Shown here: positions 17,988 to 32,467 of the stretch, piece by piece
How the letters are laid out: every line of letters starts with the position of its first letter
Position numbering within the stretch: the first letter of the stretch is position 1
DNA from: a virus
Taxonomy: Duplodnaviria; Heunggongvirae; Uroviricota; Caudoviricetes
Length of the DNA: 35,851 nt
Direction: 5' to 3' (one strand)
Virus record (IMG/VR): IMGVR_UViG_2909288124_000002
Notes under the pieces: generated by a model
The model's database searches: none
What the model saw: only the letters and a program-made list of their open reading frames with translations
Told to the model about the DNA's origin: nothing
Position numbers and translations under genes: made by a program

Positions 17988-18562
17988 CGCTTTATTACCA
18001 TCCTCAGTTGATGCTGCAGCGCATAGCCCAGCTCTTTCGGAAGACGTTCACGCCGTATCCGCTCAATATTTTGTTTAAACGCCGTGGTCAGCGGCACCGC
18101 CATCGGGATTTTCACCACATCAATGGGGTAACGGTTTTTCCCGGCCACACGCTGCATGACATGCCACCGGCCATTTTTCAGTTGCTGAATAAACGCGCCG
18201 GGAATACGACGGTTACCCACCACAAGCACGCTGCCGCCACCTTTCAGGGATGAACGCTGCCCCTTTTTACGACGCCTGCGGCGCGAAAGGACAACCCGCG
18301 CATTACGCAGCTTGATTACGGGCAAATCCCCCCGGTTAACTTTGATTCTGGCCTGCGGATTTTTGACCGTGGCCCTTTTCAGCCTGGCCCTTTCCTTTAC
18401 CAGTTTCCGGCGTACCTTTGTCTCACGGGCAACCTGTGACGCCGACTGCGATATCGCGGATGAAGCAACGCGGTTAATGGCCATTGCGGCGGCACCAGGC
18501 ACCGCCGTTTTGCTGATACGGCTGAGGTTTTCAACGGCCTGCTCAAGACCTTTTATGGCCAT
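17984..18562 (-). CDS. Z: Tail completion protein Z (192 aa)
   Basis: ORF MAIKGLEQAVENLSRISKTAVPGAAAMAINRVASSAISQ... matches lambda Z. Confidence 0.92.
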   Translation of the reverse strand: MAIKGLEQAVENLSRISKTAVPGAAAMAINRVASSAISQSASQVARETKVRRKLVKERARLKRATVKNPQARIKVNRGDLPVIKLRNARVVLSRRRRRKKGQRSSLKGGGSVLVVGNRRIPGAFIQQLKNGRWHVMQRVAGKNRYPIDVVKIPMAVPLTTAFKQNIERIRRERLPKELGYALQHQLRMVIKR

Positions 18563-18573
18563 ACATCCCCCTT

Positions 18574-18927
18574 TCAGCGGCGACGGTTAACGGCAGGCGG
18601 TACGCCCCGTCCAAGCCAGAGATGACAACTTCCGCCATCATCCGGCGAAACCCGATCTACCCAGAAATTTTCCTCACCGATGGTCAGCGTGTCTCCACGC
18701 CGCAGCTGCCGCACCTCATCAGTCCGGACAAACAGGGACGGGCTGGAGCCTTCAACGCGCACGCCCTGTCCGGCATAGCTGATATTTTCAGGATCATCAA
18801 AAACACCACGTATCACAGCACCGGACTGCTCACCGGATGTCATGGTGGCTGACGTTCCCATGTACCCGCGTATCGTTTCATCGGCGCGGGCAATGGCAGC
18901 ATCGAACAGGTTATCGAAATCAGCCAC
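18574..18927 (-). CDS. FII: Head-tail connector protein FII (117 aa)
   Basis: ORF MADFDNLFDAAIARADETIRGYMGTSATMTSGEQSG... matches lambda FII. Confidence 0.92.
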   Translation of the reverse strand: MADFDNLFDAAIARADETIRGYMGTSATMTSGEQSGAVIRGVFDDPENISYAGQGVRVEGSSPSLFVRTDEVRQLRRGDTLTIGEENFWVDRVSPDDGGSCHLWLGRGVPPAVNRRR

Positions 18928-18938
18928 AGCGCCTCCCG

Positions 18939-19334
18939 TTATTGCATTCTGGCCAGGCCGCGCTCTGTCATTTCAGCTGCCACACCGGCAGAGACACGGA
19001 ACGCCGTTCCCGGCAGCACAAATGCCACAGCCTCATCCCGCGTGGCGTGAAGTGCATCAGTATGCAGCGTCACCAGTGCCACAACCGTGACCAGATCAGC
19101 CGTATCAGTCACGGTATCCGGCTGCGCTGATACCACCTCATTTTCATGTCCGGTCAGCGCATTTTCCGGGCTGACAGATGTGTCCTGACCAGCAGCGTCA
19201 TCCGTGTCATCAAGCTCCTCTTCCAGCTCTGCCACACGGAGTGCCAGTTCTTCTTTCGTCCCCGTCAGGCTGACATCACGGTTCAGTTGCTCACCCAGCA
19301 CCTGAAGACGGGCAATCAGTTCATCTTTCGTCAT
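18939..19334 (-). CDS. FI: DNA packaging protein FI
   Basis: From MTKDELIARLQVLGEQLNRDVSLTGTKEELALRVAELEEELDD...; the ORF track begins 13 codons upstream. Confidence 0.88.
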   Translation of the reverse strand: MTKDELIARLQVLGEQLNRDVSLTGTKEELALRVAELEEELDDTDDAAGQDTSVSPENALTGHENEVVSAQPDTVTDTADLVTVVALVTLHTDALHATRDEAVAFVLPGTAFRVSAGVAAEMTERGLARMQ

Positions 19335-19375
19335 GGACTCCTCCACAGAGAGAAAATGGCCCCGAAGGGCCATGA

Positions 19376-20401
19376 TTACGCCAGTTGTACGGACACGAAC
19401 GCATCAGGGTCAGCCAGCAGCATCAGCGGTGCTGACTGAATCATGGTGAACTCACGCGCCGGATCGCCGGTGGTCACCCAGTTTTTCGGGTAGCGGGCAG
19501 AGGCGTTAATACCTTCGCGCTGTGCGTCCGCATCCTGAATGCAGCCATAGGTGCGCAGACCGCGTGCCTGAGTGTTCCCCAGCACCATCGTGTTGTCCGG
19601 CAGGAAGTTCTTTTTGACGTCGTTTTCCACGTACTGTCCGGAATACACGACGATCGCCGTATCGCCATACATCCCCTTATAGGACACCGCTTCGCCCAGG
19701 TCTTTTACCGCTGTCTCCAGCTCGGAATTAGAGCCGCGACGGGTATCCAGCTTCTCCCTGACGGCTTTGAAGGAACGGAACAGCGCCCAGCCTTTCGGAT
19801 CAAACACGATGATATTCACCACACCGCTGGCGTTCAGCGCGTAGGCTTCGATATCGTCGGTCGGGTCATACGTGGACTTGTCACGCTTGCTCCACTCCGT
19901 ACCGCCGGACTGCGTGATGTTGTTCGCCACACTGCGGCCCATATCCACTTCAACCGGAGCGAAGGCTTCACCGGTCATGGTATATTTGCCCTTAAGCACG
20001 GCAGAAACGGCCTGCATCTCTTCGACCTGAGCAATGGCCAGCTCTTCGTCTCGCATGTTCTGCAGGATGATGCGACGGCGGCGGTAAGCCGGGTCCGCCA
20101 GATTCTGCGGATCTTCATCCGGCAGGCGACGCAGGGTCATCTGCGGATTCACTTCATGCTTCGGCTTGACATATCCCGGCGTAAATTCAGAGGTGGAGCC
20201 GCCACGGGAACGGATAACCTCACCGGAAACAATCGGCGAAACGTACAGCGCCATGTTTACCAGTCCCGGAATTTGTGAGAGATAGACTTTCTCCGTGGTG
20301 AAGGGATAGCTCTCACGGAAAAAGAGACGCAGAAACAGCGGATCAAACTTAAATTTCTGCTCATTTGCCGCCAGCAGCTGGGCGGTTGTGTACATCGACA
20401 T
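19376..20401 (-). CDS. E: Major capsid protein E (341 aa)
   Basis: From MSMYTTAQLLAANEQKFKFDPLFLRLFFRESYPF...; HK97-fold capsid protein in the lambda position. Confidence 0.93.
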   Translation of the reverse strand: MSMYTTAQLLAANEQKFKFDPLFLRLFFRESYPFTTEKVYLSQIPGLVNMALYVSPIVSGEVIRSRGGSTSEFTPGYVKPKHEVNPQMTLRRLPDEDPQNLADPAYRRRRIILQNMRDEELAIAQVEEMQAVSAVLKGKYTMTGEAFAPVEVDMGRSVANNITQSGGTEWSKRDKSTYDPTDDIEAYALNASGVVNIIVFDPKGWALFRSFKAVREKLDTRRGSNSELETAVKDLGEAVSYKGMYGDTAIVVYSGQYVENDVKKNFLPDNTMVLGNTQARGLRTYGCIQDADAQREGINASARYPKNWVTTGDPAREFTMIQSAPLMLLADPDAFVSVQLA

Positions 20402-20456
20402 AAAAAAATCCCGTAAAAAAAGCCGCACAGGCGGCCTTTAGTGATGAAGGGTAAAG

Positions 20457-20789
20457 TTAAACGATGCTGATTGCCGTTCCGGCAAACGCGGTCCGTTTTT
20501 TCGTCTCGTCGCTGGCAGCCTCCGGCCAGAGCACATCCTCATAACGGAACGTGCCGGACTTGTAGAACGTCAGCGTGGTGCTGGTCTGGTCAGCATCAAC
20601 CGCCAGAATGCCAACGGCAGCACCGTCGGTGGTGCCATCCCACGCAACCAGCTTACGGGTGGAGGTATCCAGCATCAGCGGGGTCATTGCAGGCGCTTTC
20701 GCACTCAATCCGCCGGGCGCGGTTGCCGTATGTGCCGGGTCACTGTTGCCCAGCGGCTGGTAATGGGTAAAGGTTTCTTTGCTCGTCAT
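20457..20789 (-). CDS. D: Capsid decoration protein D (110 aa)
   Basis: From [40 protein letters not shown]... matches lambda gpD. Confidence 0.93.
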   Translation of the reverse strand: MTSKETFTHYQPLGNSDPAHTATAPGGLSAKAPAMTPLMLDTSTRKLVAWDGTTDGAAVGILAVDADQTSTTLTFYKSGTFRYEDVLWPEAASDETKKRTAFAGTAISIV

Positions 20790-20798
20790 AAACATCCC

Positions 20799-21404
20799 TT
20801 ACACTGGTGTGTTCAGCAAATCGTTAACGGCATCAGATGCCGGGTTACCTGCAGCCAGCGGTGCCGGTGCCCCCTGCATCAGACGATCCAGCGCAGTGTC
20901 ACTGCGCGCCTGTGCACTCTGTGGTGCAGCTGCCAGAATGCGGCGGGCCGTTTCCACGGTCATACCGGGGGTTTCTGCCAGCACGCGGGCCTGTTCTTCG
21001 CGTCCGTGAGCCTCCTCACAGTTGAGGATCCCCATAATGCGGCTGTTTTCTGCCGCAACCGCAGCGGTGATCTGCGCGTTCACGTCCGGCTGCGCCGCGC
21101 TGGCGTTTTCGCCCTCCGTCGCTGGCACCACGTCAGTAACGTCAGCCTGCGAAGCAGTGGCTGAAACAGTTGTTGATTGAGTCTCTTTGGTCATTCGCCC
21201 TCCTGAGAGACGGGATTTACGTGCATCCAGTGCATCACGCATAACGGTGATCGCATCGGTGCTGTTGACAAGTTCATCAGCCAGTCCGGCATCAATGGCC
21301 TCCTGACCGCTGTACACTGCAGCCTCGGTATCCAGCACAGCCTGCACGGACAGGCCGGTATATGTCGACACCTTCTGCGCAAACATCTGGCGGGTTGCAT
21401 CCAT
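20799..21404 (-). CDS. nu3: Scaffolding protein Nu3, in-frame internal start within C (201 aa)
   Basis: Internal Met MDATRQMFAQKVSTYTGLSVQ... gives the C-terminal 201 aa of the C frame, as for lambda Nu3. Confidence 0.7.
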   Translation of the reverse strand: MDATRQMFAQKVSTYTGLSVQAVLDTEAAVYSGQEAIDAGLADELVNSTDAITVMRDALDARKSRLSGGRMTKETQSTTVSATASQADVTDVVPATEGENASAAQPDVNAQITAAVAAENSRIMGILNCEEAHGREEQARVLAETPGMTVETARRILAAAPQSAQARSDTALDRLMQGAPAPLAAGNPASDAVNDLLNTPV

Positions 21405-22098
21405 CCGGGACTGCAGTGTCTCCCGGACGTCATCCGGAAGATGGCTGTAGGGGTTGCCATCCACCTTATGGCTGCCGCTGTAAATCAGCGTGATTTCCAC
21501 GCCCTGTTTCTCCAGTGCAGCGCCGTAATTACTGTGAGCCATCATGACGCCGATGGAGCCTGTCCGGGCGGTCTGCGTGACCAGACGCCGGGAGGCGGCA
21601 CTGGCAAGCAGCTGACCTGCGCTGCAGTTCATGTCATTGGCTAGCGCCCATACCGGCTTTATGTCACGCACACGGGCGATGATGTCAGCGCAGTCAAATG
21701 CTCCCGCCACCATTCCGCCCGGTGTGTCCATATCGAGCAGAATGCCGTCCACCATCGGGTCGCTGGCAGCCTGTTGCAGACGGGCGATAATGCCGTTGTA
21801 ACCGGTCATCCCCGAGTACGGCTGCAGCGCCCGCGTCCGGCTGACCAGCGTGCCGGACACCGGCAGCACGGCGATGCCGTTCATGACCTGATAACTGCGG
21901 GCCTGTCGTGGTCCGTCATCATCACCGGATAACGCCAGCGCCGCGGGTGCCTCTCCGGCAGTCAGGCTGTCGCCGGATACTGCATCCGTCAGGCGGCTGA
22001 TCCCAAGCTGGCCTGCAAGCGCACAAAAGAAAACCCGCGCATAGGCGGGTTCAAGCATCAGCGGCTCATTAAAAGCCATGCTGGCAATATGCGGGAGA

Positions 22099-22118
<20 letters not shown>
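20799..22118 (-). CDS. C: Capsid assembly protease C (GTG start, overlaps end of B by 20 nt)
   Basis: ORF ...VTAELRNLPHIASMAFNEPLMLEPAYARVFF... matches lambda C (S49/ClpP-like). Start placed at GTG 22116-22118 to reproduce the lambda B/C overlap. Confidence 0.88.
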
Positions 22119-25799
<3,681 letters not shown>

Positions 25800-25825
<26 letters not shown>

Positions 25826-26345
25826 TCAGCAACCCCGGTATCAGTTCATCCAGCGCGGCTGCTTTGTTCATGGCTTTGATGATATCCCGTTTCAGGAAAT
25901 CAACATGTCGGTTTTCCAGTTCCGGAAAACGCCGCTGCACCGACAGGGGGATCCCGTCGAGAATACTGGCAATTTCACCTGCGATCCGCGACAGCACGAA
26001 AGTACAGAATGCGGTTTCCACCACTTCAGCGGAGTCTCTGGCATTTTTCAGCTCCTGTGCGTCGGCCTGCGCACGCGTAAGTCGATGGCGTTCGTACTCA
26101 ATAGTCCCTGGCTGGAGATCTGTCTCGCTGGCCTGCCGCAGTTCTTCAACTTCCCGGCGCAGCTTTTCGTTCTCAATTTCAGCATCCCTTTCGGCATACC
26201 ATCTTATAACGGCGGCAGAGTCATAAAGCACCTCATTACCCTTGCCACCGCCTCGCAGAACGGGCATTCCCTGTTCCTGCCAGTTCTGAATGGTACGGAT
26301 ACTCGCACCGAAAATGTCAGCCAGCTGCTTTTTGTTGACTTCCAT
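25800..26345 (-). CDS. nu1: Terminase small subunit Nu1 (181 aa)
   Basis: ORF MEVNKKQLADIFGASIRTIQNWQEQGMPVLRGGGKGNEVLYD... matches lambda Nu1; overlaps A by 26 nt as in lambda. Confidence 0.94.
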
Positions 26346-26733
26346 TGTTCATTCCACGGCCAAAAACAGAGAAAGGAAACGACAGAGGCCCAAAAGCTCG
26401 TTTTCAGCACCTGTCGTTTCCTTTCTTTTCAGGGGGTATTTTAAATAAAAACATTAAGTTACGACGAAGAAGAACGGAAATGCCTTAAACCGGAAAATTT
26501 TCATAAATAGCGAAAACCCGCGAGGTCGCCGCCCCGTAACCTGTCGGATCACCGGAAAGGACCCGTAAAGTGGTAATGATTATCATCTACATATCACAAC
26601 GTGCGTGGAGGCCATCAAACCACGTCAAATAATCAATTATGACGCAGGTATCGTATTAATTGATCTGCATCAACTTAACGTAAAAACAACTTCAGACAAT
26701 ACAAATCAGCGACACTGAATACGGGGCAACCTC
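26346..26733 (-). other. Lambda-type cos region (cosB, cosN, cosQ); cosN 12-nt cohesive end AGGTCGCCGCCC at 26523-26534 (reverse complement of GGGCGGCGACCT)
   Basis: Sequence upstream of Nu1 reads as the reverse complement of the lambda left end (GGGCGGCGACCTCGCGGGTTTTCGCTATTTATGAAAATTTTCCGG...) joined to the lambda right end (...CGGTGATCCGACAGGTTACG); recalled from memory. Confidence 0.85.
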
Positions 26734-26967
26734 ATGTCAACGAAGAACAGAACCCGCAGAACAACAACCCGCAACATCCGCTTTCCTAACCAAATGATTG
26801 AACAAATTAACATCGCTCTTGAGCAAAAAGGGTCCGGGAATTTCTCAGCCTGGGTCATTGAAGCCTGCCGCCGGAGACTGTGCTCAGAAAAAAGAGTTTC
26901 TTCTGAAGCAAACAAAGAAAAGAGTGACATTACTGAATTGCTCAGAAAACAGGTCAGACCAGATTGA
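26734..26967 (+). CDS. ynfO: Small prophage protein (YnfO-like, 77 aa)
   Basis: ORF MSTKNRTRRTTTRNIRFPNQMIEQINIALEQKGSGNFSAWVIEACRRRL...; position between cos/Nu1 and ydfO as in Qin. Symbol from memory of gene order. Confidence 0.6.
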   Translation: MSTKNRTRRTTTRNIRFPNQMIEQINIALEQKGSGNFSAWVIEACRRRLCSEKRVSSEANKEKSDITELLRKQVRPD

Positions 26968-27024
26968 AGCAATTTAGATAATCGTGCAGACTACGCCCCC
27001 TCATATCACATGGAAGGTTTATCT

Positions 27025-27435
27025 ATGGATCAGGTAGTCATTTTTAAACAAATATTTGATAAAGTTCGAAACGATTTAAACTATCAATGGTTTTATTCTG
27101 AGCTAAAACGTCACAATGTCTCACATTACATTTACTATTTAGCCACAGAGAATGTTCATATTGTATTAAAAAATGATAATACAGTGTTATTAAAGGGCCT
27201 AAAAAACATTGTGTCTGTCAAATTTTCAAAGGATAGGCATCTTATAGAAACGACCTCTAATAAGCTGAAATCCAGAGAGATCACATTTCAGGAATACAGA
27301 AGAAACCTTGCTAAAGCAGGAGTTTTTCGGTGGGTTACAAATATCCACGAACAAAAAAGATATTACTATACCTTTGATAATTCATTACTATTTACTGAAA
27401 GCATCCAGAAAACTACACAGATCTTACCACGCTAA
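27025..27435 (+). CDS. ydfO: DUF1398-family prophage protein YdfO (136 aa)
   Basis: From [43 protein letters not shown]...; the ORF track begins 5 codons upstream. Confidence 0.8.
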
Positions 27436-27586
27436 ACCATAACGTCCGGCTTCTCTCACTCCTGAGCCGGACTGCATTGGTTTAATAAAAACCATCAACA
27501 ATTGTGATTTAGATATTCGGAACCATTCAAATATAACAAAACCCCGTAAAAACGAGGTTTATGGATAAATTTTATTATTGAATACA

Positions 27587-27760
27587 TCAGATTAAATTAA
27601 TCTTGACATCATAGCTTTCAAGACCCGTCATTTTTTCCCGTGCGGTAAACTGAATACTGGTAACTTCTTTCCCGGTCTTTTTCTTAAGTTCAATAATTTT
27701 TTTTGTTATATATTCAGAAATATCTGCTTCTGCTTTTGTTTTTAAGTTTTCAATATTCAT
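27587..27760 (-). CDS. gnsB: GnsA/GnsB-family small protein (57 aa)
   Basis: Hand-translated minus-strand ORF MNIENLKTKAEADISEYITKKIIELKKKTGKEVTSIQFTAREKMTGLESYDVKINLI, preceded by AGAGGAA; below the ORF-track size cutoff. Confidence 0.75.
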   Translation of the reverse strand: MNIENLKTKAEADISEYITKKIIELKKKTGKEVTSIQFTAREKMTGLESYDVKINLI

Positions 27761-27931
27761 CATTTCCTCTTTTAGTCTGTTATGACTTTCCAGTTACACA
27801 GTAAGTCGATTATATGGTGCAAACGTGTAAAAGATAAGATGAAACATCGCAATAATCAACATACGATAGTCTAAATTTTACACAAACAGACAAAGAGAAT
27901 TTTCCTGAATTATCAATGCAATAGCATCAAA

Positions 27932-28162
27932 TCAACTCAAGAGCCTTATTGCTGCTTCCAGAATTTCTTCTGAAGTAACATGTCGATCCGCGGCTACATA
28001 AATGACTTTATGATCTCCGGTCAGAGATGGAAACCCTGCGGCCATTACAGTAAGGTGTGTTTTTTCGCCATTTGGATATTCACGCATGATGGTGTTAACT
28101 CCAGTCATCGCTGGCACTACCACTGCTGGTTCAGAGTTAAAAAAAACTATGATTTTTTTCAT
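27932..28162 (-). CDS. Hypothetical small protein (about 76 aa)
   Basis: ORF from MKKIIVFFNSEPAVVVPAMTGVNTIMREYPNGEKTHLTVMAAGFP...; family not recognised; start uncertain (ORF track begins at 28204). Confidence 0.45.
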   Translation of the reverse strand: MKKIIVFFNSEPAVVVPAMTGVNTIMREYPNGEKTHLTVMAAGFPSLTGDHKVIYVAADRHVTSEEILEAAIRLLS

Positions 28163-28433
28163 GATGTTACCGTAGTATGTGAGTATCCATCGAATAGACA
28201 CCAAGCAAAAAAGCTCCCGAAGGAGCCTTCATTTTCACTTTTTTAAATCCAACGACAGACGGCTGGCATTTAAGTATTGTGAAATATTATCAAATGTAAT
28301 CATCATTGATTTACAAAAGATACATTTTGCCCCGAAAGGATTCATGTCAGAAACATCAAAAGATGATGTTCTATACTGGGAACCATGACAACACGGGCAT
28401 CTAAAGTGAATATGGTTTGTAATATTGTCTACC

Positions 28434-28646
28434 TCAAAGCGCCACTACATGAACAGCGGCAGGACCTTTAGGTCCGTTCTCAATACCAAATTCAACTTCC
28501 TGATTCTCAGTTAATGTTTTGAAATCGTTGCTCTGAATTGCTGAGAAATGGACAAACACATCTTTGCTGCCATCTTTCGGCGTGATGAAACCAAAACCTT
28601 TTTCAGGGTTAAACCATTTCACTAAACCAGTCATTTTGTTAGACAT
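28434..28646 (-). CDS. cspI: Cold shock protein CspI (70 aa)
   Basis: [73 protein letters not shown] with RNP1/RNP2 cold-shock domain motifs. Confidence 0.9.
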   Translation of the reverse strand: MSNKMTGLVKWFNPEKGFGFITPKDGSKDVFVHFSAIQSNDFKTLTENQEVEFGIENGPKGPAAVHVVAL

Positions 28647-29008
28647 AATTATTACCTTTTGAAGAAATTAGCCCTTGGGCAGAATGGTCCGAAAAAAAAT
28701 ATCAGAGAGAAAAACCAACAAGGAAATCTCAAGAGGTACAAATAATAAAATTATAACAATGACTGCTTCAGATAAATTTGTAACAAACCAGAACACCATT
28801 AACGCATGATTAACCACCCATAGCAAGGATTACTTTTGTAAAGAAAAACACAGCAATGAAAGAATAGCTTTATTTATTAATAAAACGTGTCATTCTGATT
28901 AAGACCTTTTATCTTACCCTTAAGATTTCAGGAATTTTGGCTCATGGAAGAGTCCTTTTTATTTAAATTTTACATTCCGCGATGTAAATGTTCCGATTTA
29001 ATATTACC

Positions 29009-30032
<1,024 letters not shown>

Positions 30033-30036
<4 letters not shown>

Positions 30037-30344
30037 AGATATTTATGATGAGGACGCTCGTGCTTATTGGCAGGATTTTCAATCTTAAAGGAGTATTGAT
30101 GCTGCAGATAAGACTCAACTTTTTCTGACAATTTTTCTGCTACTTCCAGGAAGACTTGCCGGACGCTCCTTCTGGCTGCTGCCTCATAAAACTCCAGCGC
30201 AGCTCCTTCAACACGGTCCATGGCGACATCCAGGTCAAAAATTTCACCGTCAAAGCGTTCTTTGTCCTGTAAGGCTACAGTTACCGTAACTTTATTCTCA
30301 AAATTACGGACTCCTTTCACAACCAGTTCATAGTCTTGAGTCAT
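30033..30344 (-). CDS. ydfR: YdfR (DUF1327) lysis-cassette-associated protein (103 aa)
   Basis: ORF MTQDYELVVKGVRNFENKVTVTVALQDKERFDGEIFDLDVAMD...; located between holin and endolysin. Confidence 0.8.
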
Positions 30345-30348
30345 TGGA

Positions 30349-30564
30349 TTACTCTCCTCTCGCAGCCTTACGCCTGTCTTCTTTAATCTTGAAATAAAGA
30401 TTTGTCAGATACGTCAGCAGGCCAAAAACCAGGCTACCCAGCACACCGATTGCAGCCCACTGTGACGGAGTTACTTTATCGAGTAACTGCAATGCCCAGA
30501 AACCAGCATTACCCGCCGATGTGCCATAGGCAACACCTGTTGTTAACTTATCCATTGATTTCAT
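30349..30564 (-). CDS. essQ: Pinholin, phage 21 S-type class II holin (71 aa, dual-start MKSMDK)
   Basis: From [71 protein letters not shown]; two TMDs; GAGGA Shine-Dalgarno before the ATG at 30564. The ORF track extends to 30639. Confidence 0.85.
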   Translation of the reverse strand: MKSMDKLTTGVAYGTSAGNAGFWALQLLDKVTPSQWAAIGVLGSLVFGLLTYLTNLYFKIKEDRRKAARGE

Positions 30565-30783
30565 ATCCTCACCCCGATGTACACGGATGGTGCAATATGT
30601 TTGAAAAGATCGGAGTCTACGGGGTAGTTTTGACAGCACACGTTGTTCTCAACGGCGCTAAAAAAACATACACATTAAAAATGTGGGTAATTATTTTGAA
30701 AGAAAGTCATATATAAAATAATAATACGAGAAATGTTTTCATATTTAGTGTACTGTATACGGCCATTTATACAGGAAAAGCCT

Positions 30784-30954
30784 ATGTCAGAACGTAAAAA
30801 CTCAAAATCACGCCGTAATTATCTCGTTAAATGTTCCTGCCCAAACTGCACCCAAGAGTCAGAACACAGTTTTTCAAGAGTACAAAAAGGTGCCCTTTTG
30901 ATCTGCCCTCATTGCAACAAAGTATTCCAGACAAATCTTAAAGCTGTAGCCTGA
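30784..30954 (+). CDS. Putative small zinc-ribbon protein (56 aa), unknown function
   Basis: ORF MSERKNSKSRRNYLVKCSCPNCTQESEHSFSRVQKGALLICPHCNKVFQTNLKAVA with CPNC...CPHC pairs; AGGAAAAG Shine-Dalgarno 4 nt before the ATG; followed by a hairpin terminator. Confidence 0.55.
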   Translation: MSERKNSKSRRNYLVKCSCPNCTQESEHSFSRVQKGALLICPHCNKVFQTNLKAVA

Positions 30955-31012
30955 TTGATTTTATTAGTAACAAGTATTTTTTATATTTTAATAATATATT
31001 TAAAGCAGATAA

Positions 31013-31040
31013 TAAAAAACCCGCCTGAGCGGGTTTGAGA
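31013..31040. terminator. Bidirectional intrinsic terminator (cspB 3' end and small plus-strand ORF)
   Basis: Hairpin AAACCCGC-CTGA-GCGGGTTT flanked by an A-run on one side and a T-rich tract on the other; the minus-strand reading gives stem then TTTTTTATTATC. Confidence 0.65.
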
Positions 31041-31317
31041 TTGTGGTGCTTTTTGTGGGAGTCATCCACTTACGCACTTTGTTTTGCCATGCCAGCAGTT
31101 AGCTTCTGCTGTAAAACTATTCATGCAGCAAACCTGCACTTCACCACAATGGTTAGCATACTTTTCCTGATTAAGATTTTGCCAAATATGCTAGCCATTG
31201 TTTCATGTATTGGACCTCCTTACTTTTTATTAAAGAGATCCAATATTCACTACTCTGTCCGTATCTCTACTCAGGCATCAGCCTTCTTCGTTATCGTATA
31301 CAGACGAGCGATGAATT

Positions 31318-31533
31318 TTAATCAGTAATGATGACATTTGCTGCTGCAGGACCTTTAGCACCACTCTCTATAGAGAAGGTAACCTTTTGACCTTCAAATA
31401 AGGTTCGATAATTATCATTCTGAATCGCAGAAAAATGCACAAACACATCTTTACTACCATCAACAGGAGAAATAAAGCCGAAACCTTTATCAGCGTTAAA
31501 CCATTTTACTAAACCAGTCATTTTATTTGACAT
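31318..31533 (-). CDS. cspB: Cold shock protein CspB (71 aa)
   Basis: [74 protein letters not shown]. Confidence 0.92.
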   Translation of the reverse strand: MSNKMTGLVKWFNADKGFGFISPVDGSKDVFVHFSAIQNDNYRTLFEGQKVTFSIESGAKGPAAANVIITD

Positions 31534-31833
31534 TCTACATTCCTTAACTTGAGCCTTTCGGCATAAATGGTTTGCATAACAGAAACGACTTCGTACTTAA
31601 TTGGAGAGACTCAAAGAAGGAATAAGTGAATAACACCTGAAATGAGAACTGCTTTAGTAAACTACTTCGTATATCGTCTGTTCTTCAAACCGACGCAATC
31701 ATTAACGCATAGTTGAACATATGAAGCAATGTTTATTTTAGACATCCAGCCATCTTCAACCCCATCAAAAAACTATAGCTTTCTTCAGGAACGTGTGTAT
31801 AGTGCGCCAAGTTATCAGTATTAAGGAATTTTT

Positions 31834-32046
31834 TTGTCCCGTAAAATGACAGGAATTGTCAAAACCTTTGACGGCAAAAGCGGCAAGGGTCTTATCACCC
31901 CATCCGATGGTCGTATCGATGTCCAGCTTCATGTTTCAGCGCTCAATCTCCGCGATGCAGAAGAAATTACCACCGGATTACGCGTGGAATTTTGCCGGAT
32001 AAATGGTCTGCGTGGCCCTTCAGCTGCCAATGTTTACCTTTCATGA
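31834..32046 (+). CDS. cspF: Cold shock protein homolog CspF (70 aa)
   Basis: [73 protein letters not shown]. Confidence 0.9.
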
Positions 32047-32467
32047 GCTATATTAAAGCTTTAATTTCAGGCCCCATCGGATCACACATGGAGAGTTTTT
32101 ATGAATAACCCCGTCTGTCTTGATGACTGGTTGATTGGCTTTAAAAGCTTATGCTGTACTTTGGCCGTAATAGCTCTGCTAATAATATAATAAGCAGACT
32201 CATTGTGTTTAGGGACATTGTACTGGAAGAAAACATTTTAAACATCAGGCAAATAACCAAGTCACCAGCTAAATAATAAGTTAACAGACATGAGTCCCGG
32301 GATGAGATTCAACATTACCATTGCCCCATTTAAAGCACAAAACCCGCTCATCAGCAGGTTTTCTACTTTTTCTTAACGTCGGGTATACAAAGCCCATCGT
32401 TGAAAAAATTTTATCCATATTTTTTGAAAAATGCAAACATCATGTCGCCATCTTCAGCAAAAATCAT

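Noticed and set aside
31035-31328. 97-aa plus-strand ORF between the small zinc-ribbon ORF and cspB
   Set aside because: It starts inside the terminator hairpin, has no ribosome-binding site, and its translation is hydrophobic low-complexity without recognisable motifs.
32260-32330. Possible hairpin AAAACC...GGTTTT downstream of Q as a late-promoter-proximal terminator
   Set aside because: The stem is only 6 bp and A/T-rich with a 12-nt loop, too weak to call without alignment to phage 21/82 late regions.
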